A stretch of DNA of 64,000 nt from Nemertoderma westbladi (Eukaryota; Animalia; Xenacoelomorpha), in NCBI GenBank assembly GCA_032718475.1, contig JAUCBJ010004729.1, positions 1-64,000 on the forward strand, written 5' to 3'. Below the pieces are notes generated by a model, which saw only the letters and a program-made list of their open reading frames with translations, was not told where the DNA came from and did not search any database. Positions 1 to 13,411 of the stretch are shown here, in pieces. A program made the position numbers and the translations under genes. Each line of letters opens with the position of its first letter. Position 1 is the first letter of the stretch.

Positions 1-116
1 AATGGAATTCCAAGATGATGTTATTTTCCCATATTCATGGGTGACAATCATAGCTGATGACTGGTCTCCCAATAACCTTCATATATCTGCTATGGTAACT
101 GGTCGCTGCCCTATTG
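1..116 (+). CDS. Mucin-like gene, exon F of the upstream module 0 (5'-partial)
   Basis: Reads MEFQDDVIFPYSWVTIIADDWSPNNLHISAMVTGRCPI, the same as the exons at 16239-16398 and 43426-43585; donor G|GTAAGT at 116/117, phase 1. Confidence 0.88.
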
Positions 117-3100
117 GTAAGTAAAATATAATATCATGAAAATAATTGTTTCACTTAATATATGTAAATAACAAAGCAAGACCACAAGATCGAAAATTAC
201 AGCTCAAGAGCTACACAGCAATAACAACAGCGTTTCGGCCTATCTTCAGTATCGCTAATAGGTTGAGCCGCTCTCAACCTGACACTCGCCTTTATATTTA
301 TTCCACTTATATTGAACAGGCTGTCTTTAGTTGCATATCCTATATCTAAAAGCGGGCCTACCGGCCTCAAGTATGTTCGAGTAAACCAGGAGGGAAGTAC
401 AAATAAATATTCAGCTAGAGTATTGTCTGATCCCGACCCCACAGATAATAGTTTGTGGACTGGAGGCCGTGGTGACGCAACAGCACAATCATAATCATAC
501 CGTTTTTGTTTGTAGTTGATAGTCTGTCTGTAGTTCTGTGGTTTGGCAGTGGCAGCACATTTATGCAGCATATTTATTTTCCTGATGACACCTGGAGAGA
601 TATTGTAGGACATTCTTCTGCGTCTTGACCCATTTCTATAGTACGGCATGCTGTGCCTCAAATATTATAGCCCAGTGGGTTTTAGATGGGCCAAAGTTTT
701 ATATTCCTTGTATAATATGCAATTTTGCAAATGCCTGTCCATATAACCTGATAAAAAGCCTGATACTGTGTCTCAATTGGCCATTGTACTAATATTAATT
801 CATCTCCTATAATTAAAGGTGCCATGCAAATCTCCATTATCCTATACTGCTTCATGAAACATTTCATAAAAGTATTCCCTTCACAACATTTTCAATAAAA
901 AAAATCATTTGAATTGCTGCCGGTCTCGAGGAATACAAATCAACAGATTGCACCTTTGTTAATTCAATCCGAGATGGTAAATCCAGTTTCTCATTTTCAG
1001 TAAAGTTATGGTTCTTAATCGAGTCATTAAGCTCATTAATGTTTATAACATTTAAAAGACATATGGCATATTTGTAGCAGCGGTTTATTTCTGCACTGAC
1101 CACTACTCCTTCCAACATGTCATATATTTATATATTGAGGCATTTGATAATAAGGTACTTTATTTAGTTGGCTATTACCATATGCTATAGATAGTGCTTT
1201 TCTCTGGCTCCCAGTCGTTTAATCGATTGTTCTTTTTAACAAATTAAGGTGTTTTAGATATACAGTTTGACCTCAGGATTAATCTTTCAATTTCAAAGCT
1301 GTGACAAATGTCATCTTTTTTGACCATGCAAATTCGGCAACAAACGGTTGCTAATGCACTTTCCTTAAATTCCCCAACGAGGGTTGTAGTGGTATTTTCG
1401 GCAACAAAACACATTAATGCACCTTGACACTTTAGACTCCCAGACTATCATTTGACATTCATTGCATATATGAAATCATACAAAATTTCGTACTGGTTTT
1501 CATGCAAATCACGAACGTGGCAGTAATAAATATGACAATGAAATTTTGATCTATATGGATTTTTGAGCATGAACCGATGGTATTAAAAACCATTACATCA
1601 TCATAATACAAGATAAATTCTAAATTCTAGCATAATGTCACCTCTTTTCAAACATAATTTATCCAATGGGTGGCTTTTATCAAATATCCAAACATCACAC
1701 AGATCCTGATATATCTCAGTCGGTGGATAGCCTGTCAAAAAAACGTTGCATTTCCAACAATACCTCGACTAGTAACTCTTTTATATCAACAATATTATTA
1801 ATTATTGCACATTATTAAAAGCGGATTCAGTCCAATTATTGTTGCGTTTCGATTTCAATAAGAACATGGCTTCCTTTATGGCAATATTATCATATTCTTC
1901 AATAATACAGAATGATGTTATGTTATAGGGATATCAACACATGTTGAAACATGTGGAAAACTGTCAGATACTTATGTCAGGGTAAGGTAATTGTCATTGG
2001 AATACATACTACTGATACCACCGATTATGTCTGTTAGTCTGTTGTGGTATTAGGACTATCATTAGGCCTAAATAATTCATAGTTTTTGACAAAATGGTAA
2101 ACACACAAATTTGGAAATTTCCTTCGCAAGAACAGTATGTGATAGCAACATGTGGAAATTTAAACGGTTGTATGAATGAAAAGTTTGCAAACAACTGCCA
2201 CTTGATATTTGAGAATTTTCAGCCATGCATGTTACTTTAAATGAGTTAGATAACAAATGAGACTTCAAATATTGCTACATTGTGAAGAGCCTAATGGACC
2301 TGAACTCAGTGTCGGAGTTACGGTATATCTCCATTGCATCAGCTTAGCAGGGAATAATTAATATTCTCACAAACACCAACTAACACTGTCAATACTGCCG
2401 AAATAGGAAAGTAGGTAGGTCTATCCCCGACAACAGGAGAGTGAGCAACCTTTACTTTCCCTTTACTGATACCGGTATACCTTCCATACTCATTCCAACC
2501 AAGTTTGATCTAGATAACAACATAATAATACAGGAATGAACTGTTACAATAATAAGTCACCGGTTATATTCTCAAATATTGGCAACATCTGACCGTTAAT
2601 AATATATTCACACCTCATCTCGTCTCATCTCAAAAATGTTTTACAAGTTACCTCTCAACTATGGGCCCTTTTGTAGATAGAGTTTCTTGTCCAATGTCCG
2701 TCCACACCATTCCCGTACAACCTCCGCCGACCATGATAATTACACAATTCATTTGGGTCATATTGGTACTAATCACAGTCATCTTTCACAGTCAAAGTCA
2801 GTCATCAACACTATGCATTGTTCGTTCATTCTCTGTGCATATACATGATATAACTTTCTTTCCTTAATTAATCACTATCGCCTATACGCCTCTCAATACT
2901 TCATTATTGTATCCAATGTTATTGCTCTTTTCATATAGATATATTGGTTTTATGTATTGGTAACATATAGAAATTGACAAATTAATAACATAATTGCGAA
3001 TGCAGGAAGAAAGAGCATACAGAAATAGTAAACTATTCCTCGAAAGTGCGAATTAAAAAGTCGGACAATAAAATGTAACTTTCTTTTTGTAAAAGACGGG

Positions 3101-3295
3101 GTTATTATATTTGAAATTTCTATAATTATTCTTATTTATATTAGTTAAGGAATTAGAAATTCTTAAAAAGAATAACAGGAATTGAATGAAAGGCAATAAA
3201 CACAGAGTAAAATAAAGATGTCCTGTGCAATGAGTCAGTCTGCTTCACCAACTCAAAAATGAACAGTTTATTTTATTTTATTTTCCTAAATTTAG

Positions 3296-6200
3296 TAACA
3301 ACTGGTCCGCCACCAACTACTGGTACTCCTCCACCACCACCCCCATCTACAACTACGGGACCTACAACAACTGTGGGTCCACCTACAACACCTGGACCAT
3401 CAACAACACCACCACCAACAACAGCACCACCACCAACAACAACACCTGGACCAACAACAACACCCGGACCAACAACAGCACCTCCACCAACAACAACACC
3501 CGGACCATCAACAGCACCTCCACCCACAACAACACCCGGACCATCAACAGCACCTCCACCAACAACAACACCCGGACCATCAACAGCACCTCCACCCACA
3601 ACAACACCTGGACCATCAACAGCACCTACCACCAACAACAACACCCGGACCATCAACAGCACCTCCACCCACAACAACACCCGGTCCAACAACAGCACCT
3701 CCACCAACAACAACACCCGGACCATCAACAGCACCTCCACCCACAACAACACCCGGACCATCAACAGCACCTCCACCCACAACAACACCCGGACCATCAA
3801 CAGCACCTCCACCAACAACAACACCCGGACCATCAACAGCACCTCCACCCACAACAACACCCGGACCATCAACAGCACCTCCACCCACAACAGCACCACC
3901 ACCAAAACAACACCCGGACCATCAACAGCACCTCCACCCACAACAACACCTGGACCATCAACAGCACCTCCACCAACAACAACACCCGGACCATCAACAG
4001 CACCTCCACCAACAACAACACCCGGACCATCAACAGCACCTCCACCCACAACAACACCCGGACCATCAACAGCACCTCCACCAACAACAACACCCGGACC
4101 ATCAACAGCACCTCCACCCACAACAACACCCGGACCATCAACAGCACCTCCACCAACAACAACACCCGGACCATCAACAGCACCTCCACCAACAACAACA
4201 CCCGGACCATCAACAGCACCTCCACCAACAACAACACCCGGACCATCAACAGCACCTCCACCCACAACAACACCCGGACCATCAACAGCACCTCCACCCA
4301 CAACAACACCCGGACCATCAACAGCACCTCCACCAACAACAACACCCGGACCATCAACAGCACCTCCACCCACAACAACACCCGGACCATCAACAGCACC
4401 TCCACCCACAACAACACCCGGACCATCAACAGCACCTCCACCCACAACAACGCCCGGACCATCAACAGCACCTCCACCCACAACAACACCCGGTCCATCA
4501 ACAGCACCTCCACCAACAACAACACCCGGACCATCAACAGCACCTCCACCAACAACAACACCCGGACCATCAACAGCACCTCCACCCACAACAACACCCG
4601 GACCATCAACAGCACCTCCACCAACAACAACACCCGGACCATCAACAGCACCTCCACCCACAACAACACCCGGACCATCAACAGCACCTCCACCCACAAC
4701 AACACCCGGACCATCAACAGCACCTCCATCCACAACAACACCCGGACCAACAACAGCACCTCCACCCACACCAACACCAGGACCATCAACAGCACCTCCA
4801 CCAACAACAACACCCGGACCATCAACAGCACCTCCACCCACAACAACAACTGGACCATCAACAGCACCTCCACCCACAACAACACCCGGACCATCAACAG
4901 TACCTCCACCCACAACAACACTCGGACCAACGACAGCACCTCCACCCACAACAACACCAGGACCATCAACAGCACCTCCACCCACAACAGCACCACCTCC
5001 AACAACAACACCCGGACCATCAACAGCACCTCCACCAACAACAACACCCGGACCATCAACAGCACCTCCACCCACAACAACACCCGGACCATCAACAGCA
5101 CCTCCACCCACAACAACGCCCGGACCATCAACAGCACCTCCACCCACAACAACACCCGGCCCAACAACAGCACCTCCACCAACAACAACACCCGGACCAT
5201 CAACAGCACCTCCACCCACAACAACACCCGGACCATCAACAGCACCTCCACCCACAACAACACCCGGACCATCAACAGCACCTCCACCCACAACAACAAC
5301 TGGACCATCAACAGCACCTCCACCCACAACAACACCCGGACCATCAACAGCACCTCCACCCACAACAACACCTGGACCATCAACAGCGCCTCCACCAACA
5401 ACAACACCCGGACCATCAACAGCACCTCCACCCACAACAACACCAGGACCATCAACAGCACCTCCACCCACAACAGCACCACCACCAACAACAACACCCG
5501 GACCATCAACAGCACCTCCACCAACAACAACACCCGGACCATCAACAGCACCTCCACCCACAACAACACCCGGACCATCAACAGCACCTCCACCCACAAC
5601 AACGCCCGGACCATCAACAGCACCACCACCAACAACAACACCCGGACCATCAACTGCACCTCCACCTACAACAACACCTGGACCATCAACAGCACCACCA
5701 CCAACAACAACACCTGGACCATCAACAGCACCTCCACCCACAACAACACCCGGCCCAACAACAGCACCTCCACCCATAACAACACCCGGCCCAACAACAG
5801 CACCTCCACCCACAACAGCACCACCACCCACAACAACACCCGGACCATCAACAGCACCTCCACCCACAACAACACCCGGACCATCAACAGCACCTCCACC
5901 AACAACAACACCCGGACCATCAACAGCACCTCCACCAACAACAACACCCGGACCATCAACTGCACCTCCACCCACAACAACACCCGGACCATCAACAGCA
6001 CCTCCACCCACAACAACACCCGGACCATCAACAGCACCTCCACCAACAACAGCACCTCCACCAACAACAACACCTGGACCAACAACAGCACCACCACCAA
6101 CAACAACACCCGGACCATCAACAGCACCACCACCCACAACAACAATTGGACCAACAACAGCACCTCCACCCACAACAACACCTGGACCATCAACAGCACC

Positions 6201-7009
6201 TCCACCCACAACAACACCAGGACCATCAACAGCCCCACCACCAACAACAACACCCGGACCATCAACAGCACCTCCACCCACAACAACACCTGGACCATCA
6301 ACAGCACCACCACCAACAACAACACCCGGACCATCAACAGCACCTCCACCAACAACAACACCCGGACCATCAACAGCACCTCCACCCACAACAACACCCG
6401 GACCATCAACAGCACCTCCACCAACAACAACACCCGGACCATCAACAGCACCTCCACCCACAACAACACCCGGACCATCAACAGCACCTCCACCAACAAC
6501 AACACCCGGACCAACAACAGCACCTCCACCAACAACAACACCCGGACCAACAACAGCACCACCACCAACAACAACACCCGGACCATCAACAGCACCACCA
6601 CCCACAACAACAATTGGACCAACAACAGCACCTCCACCCACAACAACACCTGGACCATCAACAGCACCTCCACCCACAACAACACCCGGACCATCAACAG
6701 CACCTCCACCAACAACAACACCAGTACCATCAACAGCACCTCCACCAACAACAACACCTGGACCATCAACAGCACCTCCACCCACAACAACACCTGGACC
6801 ATCAACAGCACCACCACCAACAACAACACCCGGACCATCAACAGCACCTCCACCAACAACAACACCCGGACCATCAACAGCACCTCCACCAACAACAACA
6901 CCCGGACCAACAACAGCACCTCCACCAACAACAACACCCGGACCAACAACAGCACCTCCACCAACAACAACACTCGGACCATCAACAGCACCTCCACCCA
7001 CTACAACAG
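3296..7009 (+). CDS. Mucin PTS giant exon 1 (1238 codons, PGPSTAPPPTTT repeats)
   Basis: Acceptor ttttcctaaatttag|, donor ACAG|GTGAGG; 3714 nt, phase 1-1; 36-nt repeat unit; lies inside ORF 3259..7041. Confidence 0.92.
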
Positions 7010-8666
7010 GTGAGGCATTACTTTGTAGTATTTATATATAAATCAACTAAGATTACTTTATCATTAATTAATTTAATACACTTCAGACGCTTTAGATTGA
7101 CTCGCCCACAATAAACAAACTTGACTATATTAATGTAATGCTTTATAATTATTCTTGAAGTATTTTATCGTATATGATTATACGAAAGTGATGCATAGTT
7201 AGTTTTTAGTTAGGAACGCTTATGCGGTCCAGCCTATAATGCAATTACAGCTTAAAATATAAACAAATATAATTATAAACGAATAGTAAATCTAGCCACA
7301 AATTTTTACAAAAACGTAGGTAAGATTATATTTTAAAGCATATACAAAAATATATGGAGAAAATACAATTACTAGTCGGATATGTGATTCTCATGTAAAC
7401 CTAGAAACAACACAACATCCGATCCATGGGAGGATCCTTCTTGAGGATTCTCCCACACGTTAAGCGTTGCAACATTAGTATATAGAAAGTGGAGCTTACT
7501 CGGAGCGTTTTACAACTTCCTAGGAATTATATTCTCTGAAATTTTGCAGTTTGTAGAAGTTTTTATTCTAAGAATTTCGCATGATATTGTGTTTTCAATT
7601 TTGTAATCCAACCTTCCCAATTTAGCGACGAAATCTTGATTTTCGTCCCAATTTGGCAACTTCTAGCGCTAAATGGTTAAATTCGGAGTGAAGGAGACTG
7701 GAATCTGTGGACTTTGTGCGCAGAAAGTTTGCAAATTTCATTAAAAAATTTATTTGACCAGATTTGGTTATTTTGGCCACATTTAAATTTTATCGTAAAA
7801 TTATCCCAATGGTAATCCCAATGGATCAACAATGTAGTTTGGCCATTTGGATTGAAACTGATACCGAATGCATCTCCAGTACAGTTGTGCATCTGGTAAA
7901 ATATTGGCCGAAAATATTGAACAGTATGCCTAAATTTTTCTGAGACCATAATATCATATAGACATAAGCCAGCTCTACATTTTGTAAATTTAATGTTAAT
8001 ACAAAAAGTATCTGCTTCTTGTAGTAAATAAGGGCCAAACTTGTATAATCTGTAAAATCTGGAAATTAAGCAAAAAGTCGAGTACTAAAAATGCTCTATT
8101 TCGGCTGAAAGTGCTTTTTTTGTAAATCCTTCAAATTAGTTTCTTAGAAATCCTTTGGGCACATATGTACTAGATATCGTTAAAACCTGAGCAAGATAAG
8201 TATTTTTGGAAGTTTGGTGAAATTTGGCCAAAAACGTTTTTCAGATTTTATTTTTTTGAATTTTTGCCTCAGATTACATAAAAATATACTATATTGATAC
8301 ATTTTGGTGTGCTGAATCCGAATATGCAATCCATTCTCATTTTTGAACCAGTGTTTAGATATGACTGCCAATTTAAGAAAAGTCCGTCCAATTACTGTCC
8401 ATTTGAAGGTCTGAGCTCAGTGAGCTATAGTTTAAAAACTTTCTAGGAATTATATTTTCTAAACCTGTGCTCATTTAAAGAACGTTTCAGGATAAGATAA
8501 ATGATACTGGTAGCGATTTCAAAGAGTTAGCCGTTTTTCACCCAAATTTTTAATTTATGGCTCGTTTGAAAGGTTTTCAGAATATATTGAAAAATTATCC
8601 AGCACTTTTTTGAAAATTGTTTATTTTCAATTTTATTGAAAATTTTAATTAATTTAAATTAATATT

Positions 8667-9140
8667 CGAGGCCGCGAGGTGGGTGGAGTAAGGGCGGAAC
8701 TCCTGGCGAGGGGAGTCTGGGACGAATAGAGGGTGGCGTCATTTGACATTGCGGTTGTAAACGCTGACGCCCCCTCTTATGTTAACCGGTCCCTAGACTC
8801 CGTTCTCCAGCAGAGGGTCCGCGCCAAGAAGGTACACTATGCCGCAGTGTGCGAGGACCGTCGGATCTCCTTCACCCCCCTAGTCGGAACCACCGACGGG
8901 GTGTGGTGCAAGGAGGCCGATATCCTAATCCGCCACCACGCGGAGACCCTGGTGGCCCGGCAGCGTGGGATGCGCGAGCGAGGCCTAGCCTGTGTGCTGG
9001 GCGGAGTGCGGAGGCGCCTATTGTTTGCGCTGCTGCGCTCAAACTTCCTGTGCCTGCGTGGCGGTAGGCGGCCATGGAGGGCGCTCGGGTTTGGGGACGG
9101 TGCCGGTCTGTTGGGGTTTGACCTCCAAGACCGGTACTGA
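8667..9140 (+). mobile_element. 3' fragment of a CRE-like non-LTR retrotransposon (restriction-like endonuclease C-terminus)
   Basis: GC-rich island; RAELLARGVW...FDIAVVNADAPSY...KKVHY...FTPLV...DG...RRRLLFALLR...CLRG resembles the PD-(D/E)XK endonuclease tail of CRE-clade elements; in-frame stop just before 8733. Confidence 0.72.
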
Positions 9141-10302
9141 ATCCAAGTTTTAGATTTGTGTTTGGTGGAGGGATGTAAAAATTCTTACTAAATTTAATTT
9201 TGGTGGTGGTGGAAATTAAAATTAAAAATTGTATTTGACTTTTTGTATTTTAAATAATTTAATTATTTGGAATTTAAATTAATTAATTTAATTGTATTAT
9301 TATATTATTATAATTACATTAAGTTATTACTCTACTCACGTACGTATATGATTATTATTTTTTTTATAACAATAAATATTTGTTGTCCTTGTTCGGACCC
9401 CCCTTCCAGTTATCTTGTGCTACCGGTATTTGTATTCCATGTATTACTACTATAATTATGTATTAATGTTTTTTGACAATTAATTTAATTAATTTACTTT
9501 AAAATTGAGAATAAAAAATCGGCTGGATAATATTTGTAGATTCGAAGGTGCTGAGTCCAAAAACGTTGGATAAATATTAAGGGACTAGTATAGTAGTGTT
9601 TTTAGTGAAATATTTAATTCCGCCACTCGCCGCTAGAGGGACACAAAAAAATTTTAATTTTTGTTGCCCTTTGACCTTCGTCACGTTGGCTGAACATCAC
9701 ATAGCAGTGATATTGACCTACAACACGAAGTTAGAGCTGTTGCTGTTTAAAACAAATCGCCTGAGCGGGTACCCCCCCCCCCCCCCCCCCCCCCCCTAAA
9801 CTGACGGCAGAGGAATGTATCTGTAATATTTCTACATAATAATAAGACTACCATAGGTAATATAACTACCATTATTATGATGTTACTTCTGGAGAAATTT
9901 TTATCTTTACTATTACTTTGGTATCTTAAGTATAATTATTCTAATCTAATCGATGAAATATTGAGAAACATTGTATATTTGTAAGTAAGAAGTGAGATAG
10001 TTGGCGGGTTTTCTGTTCGTCTCTTATTGCTTTTCAATTTTCCCACCCCTCCCCTCTAGTCTCTGTCTTGTCTCAGGTTTCATTACAAGACTTATCCTCC
10101 TATTATCTCATTTACACCCACCATTATGAATGACTTACTGACTTATGAATGGCCTACCTCAGCATGACAGTAGAATACACTACAGTCATACTGAAAGAAT
10201 ACTTCTACTATATTTCACGCCGTGATATTTAGAATCACAGCTTTGAATATACGGTGTATTTCTCGCCGACTTGAATAGAAAGTTATAACATTATGTTTAC
10301 AG

Positions 10303-10812
10303 AATGTGTCGATTGTTGTCCCTCAATACCTTGTTGCGATGAGACTCAAGTCAGCGAGTATTACGCTTCTGAAGGTGCCCCAGAAGATGTAGAGTATCCT
10401 GATGGGGACGGTGTTGAGCTTGAATATGGAGATTACATCAAAGCTCATGTATCAAGTCCATGCCACACATTAGCATCAATCATTGTTCAACTCCCACATG
10501 GATCTGTTGGTGATATATTTACGTTTGTTTTGGAGGTTTCTTCCTATGAGGGAGATCCATCAGGCTTATATAAAGAATACGTTTATGCGATCAAGGACAA
10601 TTTGATAGGTCTCGAAAACGTATTTATGATCGCATCAAATTCCCTGCAAGGTGCATCATATTACGAGTTTATGGTAGAAGTTACGGATGCTACAAATCTG
10701 AAATGGTTTAAACTTCCTGAATTTGCTGAGAATGTTAAAGAAGTAAAACTTGTATCCAAGACAATGAATCCAACCTCAGTTACTTTGCGGTTATACGGAT
10801 GTGACAACGACA
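10303..10812 (+). CDS. Module 1 exon A: Cys-rich start plus divergent F5/8 type C-like domain
   Basis: tttacag| acceptor, A|GTGAGT donor, 510 nt, phase 1-1; ECVDCCPSIPCC...VTLRLYGCDND. Confidence 0.9.
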
Positions 10813-11049
10813 GTGAGTATTATTTACCACCACAACAGATATTTGTTGTGTTTTTGAAACAAACAAAGTTAGGAAACAGACATTTATTATTATTTCCAAA
10901 ACTATGTTTACTTCGTATTTATTTATATTTTATATCTTAATAATTTTAAATGTCTCAATAGGCCCTAATCACCGAGGTAATTTATTGAAATTATATTATT
11001 TTAGATTCATGGCTGACATCTTAACATTTAAATAACTTTATTGTTACAG

Positions 11050-11112
11050 CTTGTCCAACTCCACCCCCAACCACAACACCAATAATAACAACTCCAATTA
11101 CTCCACCTGAAC
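11050..11112 (+). CDS. Module 1 exon B: short PT linker (TCPTPPPTTTPIITTPITPPE)
   Basis: ttgttacag| ... C|GTAAGT, 63 nt, phase 1-1; repeated at 25364-25426. Confidence 0.85.
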
Positions 11113-11717
11113 GTAAGTGTATCTAAAGTAATTAATTATTATTTATTGTTATTATATTTGATTAATCCAGAAAGTAAATTTTCTAAAGACTGTAGTGTAA
11201 GTGTAAGTGTATAGTAGCAGACAACAGTAAAGTAAAATAAAATTTCGCAGTTTAGTTACAAATGTATCAAATTAATTGTACAATTTCTCATTGCCATAAT
11301 CATCATCTCATTTCACATGGATGAAATTATCGGCCATTTTCACAAAATTATTCAGAGGAATATTATAATATTAGATTTGTTATTTCTATCGACCAACTGA
11401 ACTGCTGTGCTGGTCAGAAACAATGTTCTCCCCCCGAGTTGGTTCTTCTTTCAAATTGACCAAATTTGATAGGAACTTCACCTAGTTGTTTAATAACTAA
11501 ATAACTAAATTGCCAAATAAAAAATGAAAGACACGAAATATTAGAGCTTCTGATTTTATAAAACAGCTAAGAAATTATCTGACTGACTGCCTTTTTTGAG
11601 TTATAACGAAATTTTGTGCTTTTGTTACTTTTTTGTAAATTACAGTTCGCGGCACGCATTATTTTATCGTTGATAATGGTTTGTGTTATTAGGGGGAGGG
11701 GGGGGGGGGGGGGGGGG

Positions 11718-12855
11718 GTAGCACATTTTCAGACCAAAAAATTCAAATTTTTGAAACATAACGGTATACTTTCTGATGTAGCATTTTTCATGCTGAATCC
11801 TAATCTTTTTTCCAGTTTTCCATATCTTAGTTATATGTATTTCCATATCCATCCTTTATTATATCCTTTATTTACGAGATATCTGGTTTAGAAGATAATA
11901 GCGCCACATATCGCAGTATTGGTATATGCGATGAAGTTTGGGTTTTGCATTAAATTTATTCAAATTTCTGTGCTCAGTGATGCCAATTGGATGTCTCCAC
12001 TGGAAAGAGCATAAAATGTTAATAGAGAAGGCACTTTTTTATGATTAGTGGTCTTACTAGTCAGTTTAGACAACTTCAAGTCTCCAGAACAATGAACGTA
12101 CAAAAATTAAGTGAACATGCTGTCTATGTATGAATCTGCTGTCTGTCTGTTTGTACTACAAATAGACTAATTCCTCATCAGAGATCATCAAAATGTATAA
12201 TCCTAGTCGTTCGAAGTTCATTTCAAGCTCACTCGAAATCTATTTTCGCAGAGATCGCTGTTACCATTTGATTTAATGTAAATGGCTGTGATCAACATAA
12301 TGTTAATTTGAGTAAAATATGCTTAGCAAATTTTGTTCAGATGTTTGTTCAAGTTTAGATTGCTCATCGTCCTTGCAATAGTTTGCCAAACAAAAAGGTA
12401 ACTTTCTTCTCTGAGAAAAGAGCTAAAATAAACTTAGTATGACAACAAGAATTGGATATTACACATTTTTATGATATCCATGAGCGATAAGTCTATTCCG
12501 TGAAATTCCGCAGAGTCACTTAATCGAGTCCCATCATTGTTCCAGAGAATTGAAGTTGTCATAAAAACTGACCAGTAGGTCCAATAATCATAAAATAGTA
12601 TATTCTCTATTAAATTTTCATGCTCACTCTGAGACATCCAATTGGCATCACTGAGCATATAACTTTCCAGAAATTCAACGCAAACCTCAAACTTCATCGC
12701 CTTTACCAATAGCGCTATATATTGGAGCCAGTATCTTCTAATCCAGATATCACGAAAACCAAGATAGATATGGAAAATGGTTTCCAGATTTGGATTCAGC
12801 ATAAAATTCTGTATCAGATATGTTTCAAAAACTTTTTGGTCAGAAAATGCACTAG
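11718..12855. mobile_element. Foldback/MITE-like element with long (about 350-400 bp) terminal inverted repeats
   Basis: 11718-12115 is the imperfect reverse complement of 12515-12855 (e.g. GCTCAGTGATGCCAATTGGATGTCTC / GAGACATCCAATTGGCATCACTGAGC); absent from the paralogous intron near 27500-27540. Confidence 0.75.
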
Positions 12856-13043
12856 AAAATGCAAAAATGACACTAATGAAAATTAAAAAATTAATCGTTG
12901 GCATTAATCTTCCTTATAAATTGATTACTTGATTGGTGAAGGGAAATAACATAATATTATAATGCGTCTAAGTGTTATTCAAATTGAATTTATGTCGACT
13001 TAGCATACAATATCTAACTTTAATAAAACTTTTTCGCTTTCAG

Positions 13044-13411
13044 CATGTTGTGAACCACCTATCGTCATTCCCATTGCCAACTATTTGGGAACATCATATA
13101 CAATGGATGAAGCTAACTTTACTAAGCCTGGTAGTGAAGGCTGGTTGGTAAAAGGTACCCTTGCTGAAAGTCATATCACTCTACAACCTGCGGCCCCTGA
13201 TGGAAGTAACTCTCCAGCTGTTTATACAATCCGCGCCATTGAAGTTCGAATAAGAAACCCAGCACAATCATCTAGGAGGCTTAAATTGCGATTCCTGTAT
13301 ACTTTCAGAGAAGATGACAAATACTTTGAATTCGGCAGTGGTGATCCTTCAACAGTAATACCTGCACCACCAATTGCTACTCCAACATCAGAACTGGCAG
13401 GCCTTGTCAAG
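13044..13411 (+). CDS. Module 1 exon C (N-terminal part of the second globular domain)
   Basis: ctttcag| ... AAG|GTTGGT, phase 1-0; PCCEPPIVIPIANYLG...LAGLVK. Confidence 0.88.

Noticed and set aside
660-2500. Possible decayed Penelope-like or other coding element in the first intron
   Set aside because: Only vague motif hints and no alignable ORF, so no family could be supported by eye.
3869-6997. Minus-strand Val/Leu-rich (VLLWVEVLLM)n ORFs and the Cys/Trp-rich ORFs at 49428-50198
   Set aside because: Alternative frames of the same tandem repeat with no independent evidence.
3273-7001. Long minus-strand ORFs reading (GPGVVVGGGAVD)n, elastin/silk-like, also at 19575-23702 and 46634-50818
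   Set aside because: These are antisense shadows of the PTS repeats; splice signals and phase continuity with the unique exons support only the plus strand.
9772-9797. Long poly-C/poly-G runs (also near 11691, 13815, 41332 and 43896)
   Set aside because: Common inside invertebrate repeats and of unreliable length in assemblies; no specific function can be inferred.
10293-10940. ORF-track proteins at 10293, 13085, 15355, 24607, 27636 and 42544 as stand-alone genes
   Set aside because: They are exons with read-through into introns; the protein-like sequence starts and stops at AG/GT sites.
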